NCBI GenBank assembly: GCA_004764695.1 | Contig: SMSO01000025.1 | Coordinates: forward strand, 5,682,862-5,746,861 | DNA length: 64,000 nt | Reading direction: 5' to 3' | Source of the DNA: Schizochytrium sp. TIO01 | Taxonomy: Eukaryota > Protista > Bigyra: Labyrinthulomycetes | Shown here: positions 45,978 to 58,300 of the stretch, piece by piece | Numbering within the stretch: the stretch's first letter is position 1 | Layout of the letters: each line of letters starts with the position of its first letter | Notes under the pieces: model-generated | Database searches by the model: none | What the model was told of the DNA's origin: nothing | Seen by the model: only the letters and a program-made list of their open reading frames with translations | Translations under genes and position numbers: made by a program

Positions 45978-48900
45978 CTTAGTCTCTTTGAACAAACAAA
46001 CAAACAAACGAACGAACGAACGAACGAACTTCCAGCTCTTCGGATCAACTCCCAGTCGCTGCCTTCTTGTGCAGCCCTTTGCACGTGTCTCCAAGCGTAA
46101 CTGCAGAGATTCAATTTTGTGTATGCCGGTGATCTCGAAGCCGCTGTGGCTGATCTGAGGATGAGGATGATAAATGATGATAATAATGAGGATGAAGATG
46201 ATGATACATAATGCAATCTAAGAGCACAAGATTCAATATTGGGAATAGAACTCAATTACAATGTGGTAGACAGTAAGTGCTACTAGGTAGGTAGGTAGCG
46301 AGTGACGCAGGTTGGGCTCATCTCTGGCTACGCTTTGAGTACAGAAAACCATATGGGTAGTACTTCTCCAGATAGGTATTTAATTCGCAGGAAACATTCC
46401 ATCAACCTCTGATAAGTATCATGTACATACCTCAGTACACCTATCTAGCTATGTATAGGGTTTTCGAGGTTACGCACTTCATGCTTCCACGTCAGCGAAG
46501 TGGTTGGTACCCAGAACGAGACGATGCTGGCTTGACCCGGCTACACGATCTTGCCCAGTTACGAAGTTTATGATTTCTCTTTTGAAAATTCGGAATGTGG
46601 CTGGGTAGCGTTTTGACATTGAAGGTATACAGATTGGAGACGAGTCTGAGAAAGAGTGGGGATAAGAAGGCTTCTTCTACGCAGTGGAAGAAAGGCTGCA
46701 AATTAAAAAAAGCTGCCTGTCGAGGGAGAGCTCAGAACCAATCAATCCCACAGACGGACATACACAGAAGTGGTGTACCTGATGAGCAACAACGAAATGC
46801 TTAGAGGGCTCGCCAATGCAATGCCATCAAATGTAGATATTTTCTACAAATGCCCAGACAACTGTACATGTACGACAAGTCTCTACTTATACGGATTGGA
46901 AATCTGAGTTTCTCGCAGAAGAATCGAAGTTTCCTCATTCTTCGATAACTTTCTAAAGAAGTTAGAGGGCCTATTTCTTTCAACCGTACTGTTGTAGTAT
47001 AAAACGGCAAAAAAGAACTGTTTTTCCTTTCAAAGGTTGGCAGGATATTTAATCTCTTATCACCACTGAACTGTTTGAATGCTAGACCTTCATTTTTTAA
47101 TGTAACCCTTGTTGGAGAATGAATTTGATGCGTTGTTAAAATGCAACAGCAGATGAATTTTGACAAAAACGATCTTTCCATGAACTCAAACCACAAAAAG
47201 GAGAACATAGCAGATTGGTCAGTCTGGAGCACCCTTGAGCAATATATCTTTAACGAAACCGTTATCCTCAAATATCATTCAAGCTAGTCTTCAGGTGTTA
47301 GGTGTCACCTGCGCCATCATCATCGAGTGCAAGTATTTGACATATGTTTGGAGACGAAATATCTTCAGATCAAGCTAGGTGCGATGGCCCTTGACTCAAA
47401 CACAGGACTAGGTAATTATTTTTCAGCCCAGATCTCTTGAAGAAATGCTTGGATCTGGTTCTAGCGGCTTCTTCGCAAACTGTAATGAAAAAATTAAAAG
47501 TGTAGTGTTTTTTTGTGTGTAATCCTTTGCAGTATAAAGTATATTTGTGAACTTTGACAGGCTATATTCAAAGGTATAACAATGATGGCAGATAGTATGC
47601 CTTGGCTCCAAAACTTAGCTATTGTCTCATGAACTTTGCTTTACTTTAACGAGGATATAGCCATAGCATACCGGGCGACAATTAAAGTTAAGAGCTTCTT
47701 CACTCAAGTTTGGTTTCACTCTCTTGATCCGTTCACTATTGTTCAAATTTATTGCAAGTTAGTGTGACATGCATGGCCTATCACTATTGAAGAGAACGAG
47801 TAGAAGATAAACACTTCTTGAACAAGCAAAAAAAAAAAGAATTAAAAAAGAATTAAAAGGCATCTAAAATAAAAGGTTAAAATAATGCGATGTTTAATAA
47901 GAATGGTAATAAATTTTAACAATATATATTACATTTATTCTAATATAGTTTAATTAAAAGTTGTTGTATCTTTACAAGGGCAATCCTGCTTGTTAACTAA
48001 TACATATATATTTTTAAACTTATATTATATGTTTTACTCTGTTTTTTTTCTTTTCTTTTTTTTTCTATATTTTTTTTTTTTTAAAGAGTAAAATAGAAAC
48101 TTTTTTTTTTAAAAAAAAATAATATATAAAATAAGAAATCGTTTTGAATTTTTATAATTCGAGTGTTTTTATTTTTGTTGTTTTTTTCTATGGAAAAGGT
48201 CGAAGTTTCACTCTAAATTGTATAAACGAAAGAAGTTTGGACACCTGCAAAACCATCATGGCGGCCACCCGAGAAAGCTGTACCCATACAAAGTATGTGA
48301 GGTTGTGTCTTGGTCTCAAACAAGTAAGTAATGTTCGTTTGTTTCGTAAGAAGAGGGTGCCGAAGGTCAATATGGAGAATTTGAGTCAGCACATGAGGAA
48401 AAAATCGCTACTGGTCACAATTCACTACCGAACGCATATGGGTTGCGCAGTCTACCTGAGCTCGGATGAAAGAAGATCGTCCCGAGAGACCTAAGAACTG
48501 TGACAGCATGTCGGGTTCTCTCATTGATGCCGATGCCAACACCGACACAGTCAAGTTGAAGCCGAGAGGCACGTACCATTTCAATTTGAGGTCTTGTTCG
48601 TTTGACCTGTATATTGTTCCATACGAATGAAAACAAGAAGAAAGACAAGTTTCGCCTGGCCTCCGAACAGTTCGACGAGTATTCCCACATCCACTTTACT
48701 TTTACAGCGCGAGACCTTGAAAGAAGGTCTCCATAAGGGTGGGTCACTTGCGGAGACGAGACGATAAATAAACCCACGGTACCAGCAATAAATAGACTAC
48801 GAAGAGGCATAAAGGCGCGCAGTTTCGCCACACAGAATACCTTGCTCATCAAGAAGCACAAAATAGCCTTCTGGGCTGTGGTTTTCATTCGAATGCCGGG

Positions 48901-51103
48901 GTACTCCTTCTCCATCACCTCTTGGCGAAGGGCAGATGTAGTACCTAATGGCAGTAGCGCTCAGAGCCAAATATGCATGAACGGTGTATTCTAAGTCAAC
49001 GTTCTATCGTAATGTAGCAACTAAGTGGTAGGTTCTTACCCTCTCAAAGTGTATCCAGACAGGCGCAGGAACGAGGATGCTGCCCGGGAACTGTCATTTG
49101 CGGAATAGCTGTTATCATTTGAGGTGGCAGAATGCTATTTGTCCATAGTTTTGCATAGAGAGTGTGGAGTGAGCGAGCAGGGCGAATTTGTGCTGCGCGG
49201 CGAATTCCCATTCCATTTCACGGCATCTTCCTCCACTTCGATGTGTTGCTCCGCCTTGCAAGATTTGCCGTTCAGCCAGCCACTATGAAACTATTTCCCA
49301 TGATGGATGGGGCCGAGAATGAGTTGGAGTATCATAGTCAGTCAGCGACCGCTCTTCGATTCGCCTTTTGGTTGAGGTGAGTGACAGTAGTCGCTGATGT
49401 AGTGTCTGCTCGACGGCAGCAGTTCTTGCTGACCCACTTCTGTGTGGTAATCGAAGAAGCAGCACTACCTGCTGTGGAACGATTCTCACCTGGCTATTCT
49501 ATGGTTCAACAATCCAGCATCAATGCTTCACAATCTAAATGGCGTCAAACCTGTCCAGTGTCAAAGTAGGCAATCGTAGAGTAGGCGAGTTCGGCCAGTG
49601 AGCTCTCGGTGCTGTTGATATTCATAAAATAAATAAGTAAATAAGTAAATAAATAAAAATCTTTAGAAGTTAATGAACGGACCTCCCCAAGCAAAGAACT
49701 CGCCATTCTCGTTCTCAGGCTCATCGTTGCTTCCGTTCATGCTCCCACGAAGATCAAGGTTTTGCCTTGGACCACTCTCCCATCGCTGTCGCTCCTGCTC
49801 CTTAGATACAGCTTCGTGGTTCCCGAATGATGCACATCATCTGCACGATAACCATGATGGCCAAGAACCGAGATGACGGTGAGTTTGATGCATCACAAAT
49901 CGTAACTTGAAGGTAACTAACTAACCAACTAACTAACTAACCACTGCCTAACTAACAAGAATATACATTCCCTATCATTTGTATGCAAGGCCCCCCAAAT
50001 GGACGGCTGCGACGCGGGAACTGTCCGTGTCCACAATTCGGTACAGTACCAAACATTTGGGCCCCTTTTAGTCCTCCCCTGCCCCGGCTCCTGGCTCTTA
50101 GGCCTCTTTATAAATGGCAAACCTTTGCGGGGCAGGTGTTACAGGGGACACAGGAGAGGGTCACAGTAGGAGTTCAGGCGCATTAAAGATACTGCTCGCG
50201 CGCATAGGGGGCGAGGAGGGACTTCCTTGCCTATTCTGATAGGCCGCCAGGTGGAGCGTTCAAGGCGTGCCTCAGAGGCGGGTTCGGCAGAGGGAGGGTC
50301 CCGGCGAGTGTGTATGCGCGTGCTTGCGGCTTAGCGAGCCGGCTTGGAGGGCGGCTGCCCGCTTAGCGAGCGATGATATTACAGGTTTGGGCGGTGCTTT
50401 TTTTATTTTATATTGTTTTATTTTATTTTATTTTACTTTTACTTTTTGAGCCAAAACATGGAATGAAAACTTGTTCGATTGCCCTTATTATATCTAGGCC
50501 CGCTTTTTTCATTTTAAAGTTTAAAAATTAGTTTAAAATAGCAATTTTATAGTAAACAAGCAAAGAAGAAGAAGAAGAACTTATAAAACTAAAAGAACAT
50601 ATTTGTTCTCTTCATAGTAGTGGAACGACTAGGAGGAGTTGAGATCACAATTTTATCGTTTCCAACATTTCTCGACAACAAACTTCTTTGAAAGAAACAA
50701 ATCAAATGCGTGCTCAAAGCTGATAAAGCACCGTCCGCAAGATTGCTTGTTTGCTGTCGCTGGCGTTGCTGCTGTGGCGCTCTGGACCTTGGGCTGCATG
50801 TAGCGAGGATCTTCGAGAGTGCAGGCTGACCTGCCCTCGATGCAGAAGAACATTGCCGAGGAGGTGCTCACTCCCGACTTCCGAAGATCGATTCACGAAC
50901 CATTCACGAACCATCGGAAGGAAAGCCATCTCTGCTGTATCCATCAGTTTACTATTTTAGCTTCGCTCACCGTTTGTTTATTCATGGACTGCATTGACAA
51001 CTAACTCAGAGAGTTCAAGAAGTGCAATCTCTCTCCCTTACTTTCACATCTCGCCGTCATAATCTCTACAGAAGAATAGAACGAACGAAAGCAAAATACG
51101 CTC

Positions 51104-51152
51104 AATTGAATTGAATTGAATTGAAATGAATTGAGATGAATTGAATTGAATT
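51104..51152. repeat. (GAATT)n pentamer repeat
   Basis: Directly visible, imperfect. Confidence 0.85.
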
Positions 51153-52129
51153 CGACTTGAATTTAATTTATTTTTAATTTTAAAATAAATGAAAAGAAAA
51201 CTTATTGTTGAATACCTAAATTCAATGGTATGGAGATCGAATTGACCAAAGTCTCGAATTCCGGAGGATTACAAAAACAGCAGCTTGAAAAAGAAGATCT
51301 TCGGCGCTGCGATGATGCCTGTGCACCAGTACAGGAGAACACGATCTCTTGCTTGCTTGCTTGTGCGTGCATGCAGGTTTGTCAAAACAAAGGGGCTGCT
51401 GAGAGCCGGCTGAGAAAGTTTGGCGCTTGCGGGTGGAATTTCTTGCTCGATGGCCAAGACAACTAATTAATTAATTAATCACCTTTATTTGTTCCTTTAC
51501 AGCACAAATAGTCGAGAAAAGAAGAGGAATACAAATTTGAGCAAACTTTTATATGTATAGTAAATATATCCTTAAGTAGCCACTAAAGTTACATAAAAAC
51601 TTCTCAAAAGCTCAGAGGGAAAAGAGTGAGAGAGAGAGTGACAGAGAGAGAGTGAGAGAGAGAGAGAGGGAAACAAAACAAAAGTGGCCTGAGACAAGGC
51701 GAACTAAGCTTGAAGAAGAGCAGCACTTTTGCTAAAAGCCCGTGTCGCGGCTGCTTCGTTCCAGGTATGTACCTGGTACTAGGCACGGGCTGCGCTGCCT
51801 TTGCTGAGGAGACCCCGACCAGCGCCGCCTTTGAGTTCGTCCTGCTCTGCCTCGAGGTAATCTGATCTTTTAACTACCGTCGTTGAGTGATCAATCTCAT
51901 AGATACCGAGCTACTTCATGATTAACAGTTTTTATTATGGTTAAATGATTGTAGTTCAAAACTTTCATGCTTCAGTGTCCGCAATAGTAAAGAGGGAGGG
52001 AAGTAAGTAAGTACCTATTGTAAAGAGTTTTAAAGTTCTATCGTAGATGTTTGTATATTCCTACTGTGATTTTAAACATAACAAGATCACGATAAAAAGG
52101 TAACTTCGCTGCTCAGCCATCCACAGATA

Positions 52130-52361
52130 ATATAGATGGATAGATAAGGGAGAGAGAGAGAGAGATACAGAGAGAGAGAGAAGTAAATATGTAGATATAT
52201 GTATGTATGTATGGATGTATGTATGTATATACGGGAGATACAGACAGAGAGAGATATAGACATACAGACCTGAATTGACATCGCTCAGAGTGATCGCCGG
52301 TCGATCCTCTCTTCGCTCTCTCGCTCGAACTCCACGCACGCACACACACACACACACACAC
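52130..52361. repeat. Cluster of (GA)n, (TATG)n and (CA)n microsatellites immediately 5' of dapA
   Basis: Directly visible. Confidence 0.9.
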
Positions 52362-52417
52362 GCTCTCGCAAGCAGCCAGCCTCCGTCGCAGACACACCGC
52401 CACACATCGTCTATATC

Positions 52418-53335
52418 ATGGGTCGCTTGGAGCTCGCAGGCGTCTTCCCGGCGCTCATTACGCCCTTCTCCGAGGACGGCACTGAGGTGGACTACGAAGC
52501 CCTCGAGAAGTTGATCGATGCCCAGATCGCCGCTGGCGTCGCCGGCCTTGTCCCCATCGGCACCACCGGTGAGTCCCCTACCCTGAGCAGCGAGGAGAAG
52601 GACAAGATCATCGCCCTCTGCGTGGAGAAGGCCGCCGGCAAGTGCAAGGTCATCGCTGGCACAGGCTCCAACAACACTGCTTCCACCGTCGCCGCCACCA
52701 AGAAGGCCAAGGAGGCTGGCGTTGATGCTGTTCTCATCGTCAACCCCTACTACAACAAGCCTAGCCAGGAGGGTCTCTTCCAGCACGTCAAGGCCGTCAA
52801 CGAGGTTGGCGTGCCCATCGTGCTCTACAACATCCCCGGCCGCACCGGAATCTCCCTCACCGCCGACACCGTGGCGCGCATGTACAGCGAGCTCGACCAG
52901 GTTTGTGCCGTGAAGGAGGCCACTGGTTCCCTCGACATGGCCTCTGAGATTCGCTCCAAGTGCGACATCACAGTGCTCTCTGGTGACGACTCCTTGACTC
53001 TCCCCCTCATGGCCGTTGGCGGCTCCGGTGTTGTGTCCGTTCTCAGCAACCTCGCCCCCGAGGCTGTCGTCAAGATGGTCAAGACTGCCGCTGAGGGCGA
53101 CTTCGCCAGTGCCACCAAGCAGCACATCGAGCTCTTCCCTCTCTTCAAGGGTATGTTCTGCGAGACCAACCCGGTGCCCTGCAAGTACGCCATGTCCCTT
53201 GCTGGCATGTGCAACCCTAGCGTGCGTCTTCCCCTCGCCCCCCTCGCAGAGTCATCCAAGGCATCCGTTGAGTCAATTTGTGACACCGCTGGCATCGTCA
53301 GCGCTGAGAACGGCGCCAAGAAGGCCAAGGCCTAA
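52418..53335 (+). CDS. dapA: 4-hydroxy-tetrahydrodipicolinate synthase (DHDPS)
   Basis: Motifs PALITPF, GTTGESPTL, AGTGSNNT, PYYNKPSQEG, LYNIPGRT, the Schiff-base Lys in VKEA, SGDD and ETNPVPCK. Very strong C/G third-position bias. Confidence 0.96.
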   Translation: MGRLELAGVFPALITPFSEDGTEVDYEALEKLIDAQIAAGVAGLVPIGTTGESPTLSSEEKDKIIALCVEKAAGKCKVIAGTGSNNTASTVAATKKAKEAGVDAVLIVNPYYNKPSQEGLFQHVKAVNEVGVPIVLYNIPGRTGISLTADTVARMYSELDQVCAVKEATGSLDMASEIRSKCDITVLSGDDSLTLPLMAVGGSGVVSVLSNLAPEAVVKMVKTAAEGDFASATKQHIELFPLFKGMFCETNPVPCKYAMSLAGMCNPSVRLPLAPLAESSKASVESICDTAGIVSAENGAKKAKA

Positions 53336-55160
53336 GTAACATTCATTACGTACCTGCGTACCTTTCGTTTGCTCGACTGTCTCACTTTTTAACAATCGGT
53401 CGATCAATCAACCAAATTGCTCACCCGGCTTTGCAACCAAATCAACGAAATTAACTACCTACTTACCCTACCACCCACCCACTCCTTCATTCATCTTTTT
53501 AAATTTACTACCTCATTTCCAACATTCATTTCTACTCCTCCATCCTTTCCCATACATTCCGCTGCTTCTAGGTAGTATATAGGAGGTGCATGTGTGTGCT
53601 TTTCACCAAATATGACTTTGGATGAATTCAGAGTAAGTGGTTAGTTAATTAACCTCCACTTCTTCTTTCCTTTCTTCAGGAATCAGGATGTTCAATTAGT
53701 CCTTGACTCGGTTTGCTTTGAATATTTCGCCATGTATAGCTAGCTGGCTAACTTTTCCATGATTTTTTTTTTTTTTTTTTCTCTAAACAGAACTACGAAT
53801 CTCATGAGTAACAACATTGAACGGTAGGCTTGATTCATAAAGCACATATATGCGTGCGTACTTTGAATTAACGAACCTCGAAGGTGGATTCTTGCTCTCG
53901 ATATCGCCACCGCTCCATCATCATCAACAAAAAGAAACTGACTTGAACCATTGCGCAGGCGGATCGTACAAAATTTCAAATCTACCGCTGGTGTATAAAC
54001 AAGTGTAACAATATGGCAATTTCATTATGTTTGCTATCTTCGCGTCATTAACACCTATACAAATGGATAACATGAACAAAAAATAATTCAGTAAAACATC
54101 AAATAGGAAAGGTAGTCGAATTCAACCTCTGTATGCTCACCAACTTGCCCCGCACCGGCTTTTTCCTTTAACAAAATGAAATAAAATGTTCAGTCTGGAC
54201 GTTGTTGCTTCGAGCGAATGCTTTGTGCTGGAAATGAAATACGCTCTCTAAAAATCACTTTATCGCAGATAGTATGCAGGACAAGAATGCAATTGCATGG
54301 TAAATTGCAGTCCTTGTATATACAGCGTTGCTCGATTACAACGAACACGAAACAAGAGATGAGTGCGTGGAAAGGGTCTGGCTCTACTCACAATGATCTG
54401 AAAGTCAAGAGAAAAGCAAAAACTTAAAACGTAACGAAATCGGGCATTAGTACAACATTGTCTGTGTATTTTTAAAAGTTTGTCTAGGAACAAATTTGAG
54501 TGATTTTATTGTTTGCTGGCACCAACAAGCAGAGTTGAAATCTTGCCACTACTGTTTTACATTGCAGCTTTTTGTTCACTTTCCTTTTCGTGGTTTGTAT
54601 ATAATGGCCACGCGATTGAATATAATTAACCAGCCTAAAGGAAAGCGGCAGATCCCAAGTTTGTGCGCGCAAAGGCAATAAACAGCACACGGTCAGATTT
54701 TCCCTAGTATATGTCGTTTTGGCTAATTGATGCGCAGGCACAAGATTCATGAGCTTCACGTGCATGATGTCTGAGCCTCCTAAATTCTTCATTCCCTACC
54801 TAATTGAGGGTTCATAAAATGTGAGTATGCGTCGCTCTTAAGTCCAACAAGCAAGCTATCCTGATATGCCATTCGCTTGCATGCAGAAAACTCTCTTAGA
54901 TACTTGGCCCACTCCCCAGGCCTTGCCTGGCCTGCATGCATGCACCTGCACTAACACTTGTGCGAGCTAAAACCATTCGCAATACCCCTGGCTGCCTACG
55001 ACCATTACATTGGTTGATTAAGTAGCCTTTGAAAATAGTAGGAGCATCAGAACAGTAGTAGCGAATAGTAAGAGTACACGCGAGACGAGGCAGGGCAAGA
55101 TATAACACGGCAAACTGGGAAGCAAGTTGAAGCGAGATAGGGCGTGACGCTTGACGGTAC

Positions 55161-56420
55161 TTAAGAGCTGCGGTTGACAATCTTGAGCGCCATGCGAATG
55201 AGGGAGTCACGCGCCGGCGACGGGTGGAGTTGAAGTGCACAGGAGATGGCCTTCTCAACGTACGCAGTTGCAAGTGCACGTGTCTGCACGATGGACTGCG
55301 ATGAGTGCACAGCGGAGGCGGCAATGTCGATGTCCTCCGGGTAAGAGAACTTGCGCTCGATAAGAGGGCGGAGCTCCGGGTGCGACTCCTGTGCAATGAG
55401 CACCGGTGCGGTCGCGAGGCCCTGCTTAAGATCCGCCAGGGCCGGTTTTCCGAGGGTCGCAAGGCTTCCCTCAAAGTCAAGCGCATCATCTATTAATTGG
55501 AATGCGTGTCCACAGCTCTCTCCGTACTGAAACGCAATAAGCTGAAGATCCTTTGGCGCGCCCATGAGCACCGTCGACGCGAGGATGCTGTTTGCCATGA
55601 GGCTGCCGGTTTTGTAGTAGTTTTTGCGGAGGTACATTTCAAATGCCGCATTCCCGCGGAGGTCGGGCTTCATCTGCATGACCTCTCCCTTCACGAGGTG
55701 CTCAATCGACGTACTGATAATTTCCACAACCTCCACGTTACGGAGCCGTGCCAGGCAGATGGAGGCTCTAGCCAGCAAAAAGTCTCCGGCCAGAATCGCG
55801 AGTTTGTTGCCAAACATCGAGTTCACAGACTTCACGCCGCGACGCGTGTCGGCCACATCAATGACATCATCGTGAAGCAGTGAGGCGGTGTGAATCTGCT
55901 CAGTGATGGCTGCCAGGCGTACCTGTTGTGCGTACATGGCAGCGACTTCTTCTGTGGGACGGGCCTGGCCTTGCTCAATGTCCATATGGGCCTGGAGGGC
56001 CTTGGACATGAGCAGCACGAGTGTGGGGCGAACCTTTTTGCCAGCTTCCTGGTTGAAGAAGTACTGGGCGACGGTCTCGAGCACGGGGTGGTCGCTGCCG
56101 AGAAGCTCCTTAATATTGGAGCTGAGGGCGTTGACGTCGTTCTTAACGAGAGCGAACGGGTCGACATCAGCGACGGATTGGAGCAGCGAGGCATCAACAG
56201 AGGTCGCGGAGGCACGTTGGCGAAGAGATTCACAGTCAGTGAAGTCCGGCTGTGGCATCCAGGTTGTGGGCTCGTCCAGGGCAAGGTCGTCGATGACGCT
56301 GTTCATGCTGCGCATGAGCAGATGCTCTTGAAGCGTCGCCAAACCGCGACCCTGCTGCGAGAGCACAGAGCGGCTCCGGGTGACCAGCGGAAGGCCATTA
56401 TTCAAGGCGCGACGCCACAT
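55161..56420 (-). CDS. COQ1: Long-chain trans-polyprenyl diphosphate synthase (COQ1/PDSS1/SPS-like), probably mitochondrial
   Basis: Motifs GKKVRP, FARM HTASLLHDDVID, RRG, AILAGDFLL, GEVMQ, KTGSL and SARM FQLIDDALD. Arg/Ser-rich presequence-like N-terminus. Confidence 0.93.
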   Translation of the reverse strand: MWRRALNNGLPLVTRSRSVLSQQGRGLATLQEHLLMRSMNSVIDDLALDEPTTWMPQPDFTDCESLRQRASATSVDASLLQSVADVDPFALVKNDVNALSSNIKELLGSDHPVLETVAQYFFNQEAGKKVRPTLVLLMSKALQAHMDIEQGQARPTEEVAAMYAQQVRLAAITEQIHTASLLHDDVIDVADTRRGVKSVNSMFGNKLAILAGDFLLARASICLARLRNVEVVEIISTSIEHLVKGEVMQMKPDLRGNAAFEMYLRKNYYKTGSLMANSILASTVLMGAPKDLQLIAFQYGESCGHAFQLIDDALDFEGSLATLGKPALADLKQGLATAPVLIAQESHPELRPLIERKFSYPEDIDIAASAVHSSQSIVQTRALATAYVEKAISCALQLHPSPARDSLIRMALKIVNRSS

Positions 56421-57090
56421 TTTAGAAAAAGGGACGGTGCAAGCAGGCCTCCGCGCCTCAGAACGCAATCACAATCCCAGTCTGGGCGTATCGCTCTGTG
56501 CAGCTCCTCGCTTGCTTGCTTGCTTGAATGAAATCCGCTTTGATCAATGATTTGATTGCCTCTTATTACGTAGTAGGTAGTACTGCTACTACTAACTAAC
56601 CTAAACCATAATTGTTTCCTTAATTATTTCCTTGTTCATTCAATCATTCATTCATTCATTTATTCATTTTTGTTATTACTAAATCTGCTAATTATCACCT
56701 GGGCACCTAGTGCTCAGTTACCTGCCTGCCTAGTAGTCCCTCATGATCGATTGTCATTGTTATAGTATTGTCATTCTTTTCTTTTCTTTTCTTTTCTTTT
56801 CTTCTCTCCCTTTTCTGTTCTTTTCTTTTTCATAAATTGATTGATCAGATTGTCAGCATCGCAGTAATTGCAGGGCGTGACGATGGGAACGGCGACGGAG
56901 CGACGCTGCCAAGGCGGTCTTTCTGCTCTTCTTTTCGCCACGATGTCCAGCACCACGAGAGCGGTCACGAAATACCCAGCCCAGTGCCTCGCCAACGACC
57001 GATGGCGGTCGATCGTCGCCTAACTTCAACGCAGCATAGCATCGATCGCAGCATCACCACTGCAATGTTTGTTTACAACTTATACATTAT

Positions 57091-57151
57091 AAACAAACAA
57101 ACAAACAAACAAACAAACAAACAAACAAACAAACAAACAAACAAACAAACA
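57091..57151. repeat. (AAAC)n microsatellite
   Basis: Directly visible. Confidence 0.95.
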
Positions 57152-57646
57152 GCTTAAGCTCGTTAGCTATTATTACTTACTTTCTATTCTTTCCATTTCG
57201 CTTTGGAACTAACTAACTCACTCTGATCATGTCGAGCGAAGTAAATGGTGAACGCAATGGATGAATGAATGAATCAATCAATCAATCAATCAATCAATGA
57301 AAGCCATCGATCGCTAAGTTCAACGCAGACCATCTGCGGGTGCGACCGGCACCGGTTCGCAGCGCCTTTGGCATTGTGTATATGTATATATAAATATATA
57401 TACACCCATGTGCTCAGTACGCACGCGCGTCAATGGTGAGCGCTGAGAACAGAAATATCGACGATTTAGTCAAATACGTGCATAACTTACTGCTTCAAGA
57501 GCTCCTTTTCGGCTTTGGGTCTCTCACGGTTTGCGCAGTGCCCACGAACGAACACATCAACAACTGCAGTGAAACTCGGCTTTCGCAAGAATATCCATCG
57601 TCTTCTGAGGTCTGCAATCATCGCAGTGACAAAGCTGCAACGAATT

Positions 57647-57711
57647 GATGTAATGTGATGTGATGTAATGTGATGTGATGTGATGTGATGTGATGTGATG
57701 TGATGTGATGT
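57647..57711. repeat. (GATGT)n pentamer repeat
   Basis: Directly visible. Confidence 0.92.
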
Positions 57712-58196
57712 CCATTCGTGCTGTGTTTGTCCATGCACGATTGAATGAATCAACGAATGAGTGAATGATTGAGTGTATGTATATTCATGCATCCCCACTC
57801 CTTTGGCGTCTTTGAGGGCGGCGATGATCGCGCTGCTGTAATTGACATTCACGGCCGATGAAAAGCCACGAATCGAACCATGTCCGCAGAACAGAAAACT
57901 CCGTCGGCAGCCCCATTTTCCCGCAGACGCCGAGGGAGCGTTGCAGCTCCTGCCAGCGCTGAGAGGCCTCGGCCCAGCTCGCACGCGAGGCAAAGAAACG
58001 GGCAGGCAAGGCAAGCGAAGCGTCGAAGAGGAGGCGAACAACAGCAATTTCAACCCATTCCGCATCAGAACTCTACAAATTTCAACGCAATGAGGACAAT
58101 TACGCGCCGCGCTGCCCTCACAAAACTCGTATCAACTTTGTGGGGCTCTGCAGCGCAGCAAAGCCCCTTCGATAGCCCTGCTCCCATCTCAGACTG

Positions 58197-58300
58197 AGGC
58201 CTGCTCGAGGCCTGCGAAGGCCTCCAAGGGCTGCTCGAAGCAGGTGCCTGCGAGGGCCTGCGAGGGCCTGAGAGGGTCTACGAGGGCTCGAGAGGGTCTG
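58197..58300. repeat. Degenerate GC-rich 10-mer tandem repeat (consensus about CCTGCGAGGG)
   Basis: Units cctgcgaagg, cctccaaggg, cctgcgaggg (twice), cctgagaggg, tctacgaggg and ctcgagaggg. Confidence 0.8.

Noticed and set aside
24454-50170. 14-mer CCTACTGTGACCCT at 24454 with its reverse complement at 50157
   Set aside because: Several 14-mer matches are expected by chance in 64 kb, and the flanks do not align convincingly.
50200-50410. GC-rich island ending in a T-run, considered as a Pol III ncRNA (SRP, RNase P/MRP, telomerase RNA)
   Set aside because: None of the diagnostic conserved motifs are visible. An Infernal/Rfam scan would be needed.
52061-53125. 354-aa antisense ORF over dapA, and similar shadow ORFs over the golgin, COQ1 and PLMT
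   Set aside because: Expected from strong codon bias on the opposite strand; no protein motifs.
57860-57890. GGTTCGATT on the minus strand, resembling a tRNA T-loop
   Set aside because: The T-stem does not pair and no cloverleaf can be formed.
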